Assembly: GCA_018263575.1 (NCBI GenBank)
Contig: JAANWX010000056.1
Location: 1-47,814 of the forward strand
Direction: 5' to 3'
DNA length: 47,814 nt
From: Chloroflexota bacterium
GTDB taxonomy: Bacteria > Chloroflexota > Anaerolineae > Anaerolineales > UBA11858
A program made the position numbers and the translations under genes. Under the pieces are notes generated by a model. That model ran no database searches, was not told the DNA's origin, and saw only the letters and a program-made list of their open reading frames with translations. Position 1 is the stretch's first letter. Each line of letters begins with the position of its first letter. Positions 46,063-47,814 of the stretch are shown here, piece after piece.

Positions 46063-46683
46063 CTAAGACGCTTTATAATCTCTCCGCTTCACAAATTCGT
46101 CTGCTATGCTTTCAAAAAACATCTTTACATGCTTTTCAACTACTTTCTTTGATCCTTCAACCAACTTTAATTTGTTTTTTCGATAATCTTTTATACGCCA
46201 ATCTAGAACCAGTTTTGGCATGTTTTTTTTATACTCATCGTCAATTTCAAGAGATAGTTCTTCATAAGCGTTGTATATCCCGTAACTTACATCTAAACGA
46301 TCTTTTTTGGCATCATTAAAAACGGCTCGATGAGTGTTTAAATGCCTTGCATCGATTACTGCTTTAAACTTGGAATAGTAAGAATTAAGAATAGGATATG
46401 CTTTGCTTTTTTTGATTTCATCTCTGTCTTTTAAATTATCCCAAGAACAGTCTCTTTCGGGTATTCCTAACTCATAAATTGCATTTAACATCAATTTCAT
46501 TAATTCAAGTATTGTGTGTATCTTGTGCATAAATACTTCGAAGTGATATTGAGAATAAACAAGTTGGTTTATATCGTTTTCTTCGTAGAATTTTCGGGCG
46601 GGAAAACGTCTTAAGAAGACTTCAATATATTTCAGGTTGTTTACGATTTCATTAATTTTTGTGAAGTAGCCAAAGGTTGTCAT
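46063..46683 (-). CDS. HEPN-domain protein (Cthe_2314-like), possibly 5'-truncated
   Basis: RHLNTH (RxxxxH), YHFE, all-alpha character, markedly AT-rich. Confidence 0.65.
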   Translation of the reverse strand: MTTFGYFTKINEIVNNLKYIEVFLRRFPARKFYEENDINQLVYSQYHFEVFMHKIHTILELMKLMLNAIYELGIPERDCSWDNLKDRDEIKKSKAYPILNSYYSKFKAVIDARHLNTHRAVFNDAKKDRLDVSYGIYNAYEELSLEIDDEYKKNMPKLVLDWRIKDYRKNKLKLVEGSKKVVEKHVKMFFESIADEFVKRRDYKAS

Positions 46684-46699
46684 TACATACTTTCCCCTT

Positions 46700-47326
46700 C
46701 ATCCACTGTCACTTTTTTTATTACCAAAAATATGGTAGATTCCCTTTATAGGATTATAGGAATAACTTACAAAAAAAGGAGAATCTATCATGCGCAAACA
46801 ACTATACCGTACTTTAACAGCCGAACTAGAGAGACAACTGCCTGGAAGCAGTAAGCCGCAAGTGCAAAACCTTGCTTTACTGACACAGGCGTTGGTATTC
46901 AGCCCAGACTGCCACCTGTCGAATCTGGCTCTGGAGTTGCCAATTCCTGGACAGCGAGAGAATCTCACCCAGAGATTGCGCCGTTTGTTGAAAAACAACC
47001 ATGTCAGATGGCGGACCCATTACTTTCCTCTGGTCAAAGAGTTACTGGCTCACTGGCCAGATCGGGAGGTCAACCTAGTGATGGACCGCACCGACATCCG
47101 ACAAGAGAAGAGCATTCTGATGCTGGCTTTGGCCTTCAAGCATCGGGCGTTGCCCTTAATTTGGGAGGTATTGCTCTTCGGTAGCACCGGAGAAGAGCTA
47201 CAGTTGACATTGCTGAAAACAATAGCCCCTTATCTTCCATCTGTGAACCAGAAGCGCATCTGCTTTTTCGGCGACAGCGGGTTTCGGGCTGTGGCTCTGC
47301 AACGTTATTGCCGGCAAAAAGAGTGG
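46700..47326 (+). mobile_element. Truncated IS4-superfamily element; transposase N-terminal fragment begins at 46790
   Basis: QRLRRLLKN, LVMDRT, RALPLIW, FGDSGF (first two Asp of DDE); similarity ends at KEWAW; left end coordinate is approximate. Confidence 0.75.
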
Positions 47327-47714
47327 GCCTGGCTTCCCACCAGACGACCGGCGCTATATCTCCCTCCAGGAAATGCACGGTAAACTTGTCACATGCAACT
47401 TGAAGCCCGCTACCCCTCCAAAAGGAAACGGGCCTGCACGTACCTTCCGAATCCCTGGAGTGCCTGGCACGGTGGGTTTCATCTCCCCGCTGGGGGAACA
47501 TTTCTGCGAAAGCTGCAACCGCTTGCGGCTGACCGCGGATGGTGCGCTGCGCCCTTGTCTGCTGATGGACACCGAAATCTCGGTCCGCGAGAGTGTAGGA
47601 AATGATGAACTGACTCGAAAAATTTCACAGGCAATCGCCCTCAAACCCGAGAGACACGGACTTACCCGCCAAAATCACCTCGAAGTCCAGTGCATGGCTC
47701 AAATCGGGGGATAA
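47325..47714 (+). pseudogene. moaA: 3' fragment of GTP 3',8-cyclase
   Basis: VGFISPLGEHFCESCNRLRLTADG.LRPCL and MAQIGG terminus; radical SAM N-terminal half absent. Confidence 0.88.
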
Positions 47715-47814
47715 GCTAGAATTAGAGAAGACCCAAGGAGTGGCCTCTCAGGCCAAATGAGAGATATCTACAAAAAATGCCTAAATGCTCCCCTCCCAAC
47801 CAGGACCACCCCAC

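Overview
Bacterial window, probably from an anaerobic Chloroflexota (Anaerolineae-like) genome; the taxon is inferred from gene content and repeat style. It is dominated by a catabolic region with six full-length, pyrrolysine-free MttB-superfamily methyltransferases. Interleaved with them are a xanthine-dehydrogenase-family molybdoenzyme, an active-site-variant methylaspartate ammonia-lyase, a Zn-ADH, an Asp/Glu-racemase-family protein, a peptide-type ABC importer with a Tat lipoprotein binding protein, tdh, a divergent Cys/Met PLP lyase, an aminotransferase and two GntR/FadR regulators. Also present: a polyphosphate operon (CYTH-HTH-HD-CHAD fusion, two ppk2, ppk1), tatABC, and an iscS-like/iscU-DUF59/tusA/dsrE2 operon whose 'IscS' lacks the PLP lysine but keeps the mobile-loop cysteine. 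The mobile layer is rich: a nonsense-interrupted RAYT with cognate palindromes, two MITE families that carry REP-like hairpins (one with 8-9 bp target duplications), a DUF3800 islet between 51-bp direct repeats with a structured 3' RNA candidate, HNH, HEPN and HhH-like cargo genes, and an IS4 fragment fused to a moaA 3' remnant. All calls come from motif recognition by eye; no searches were run.
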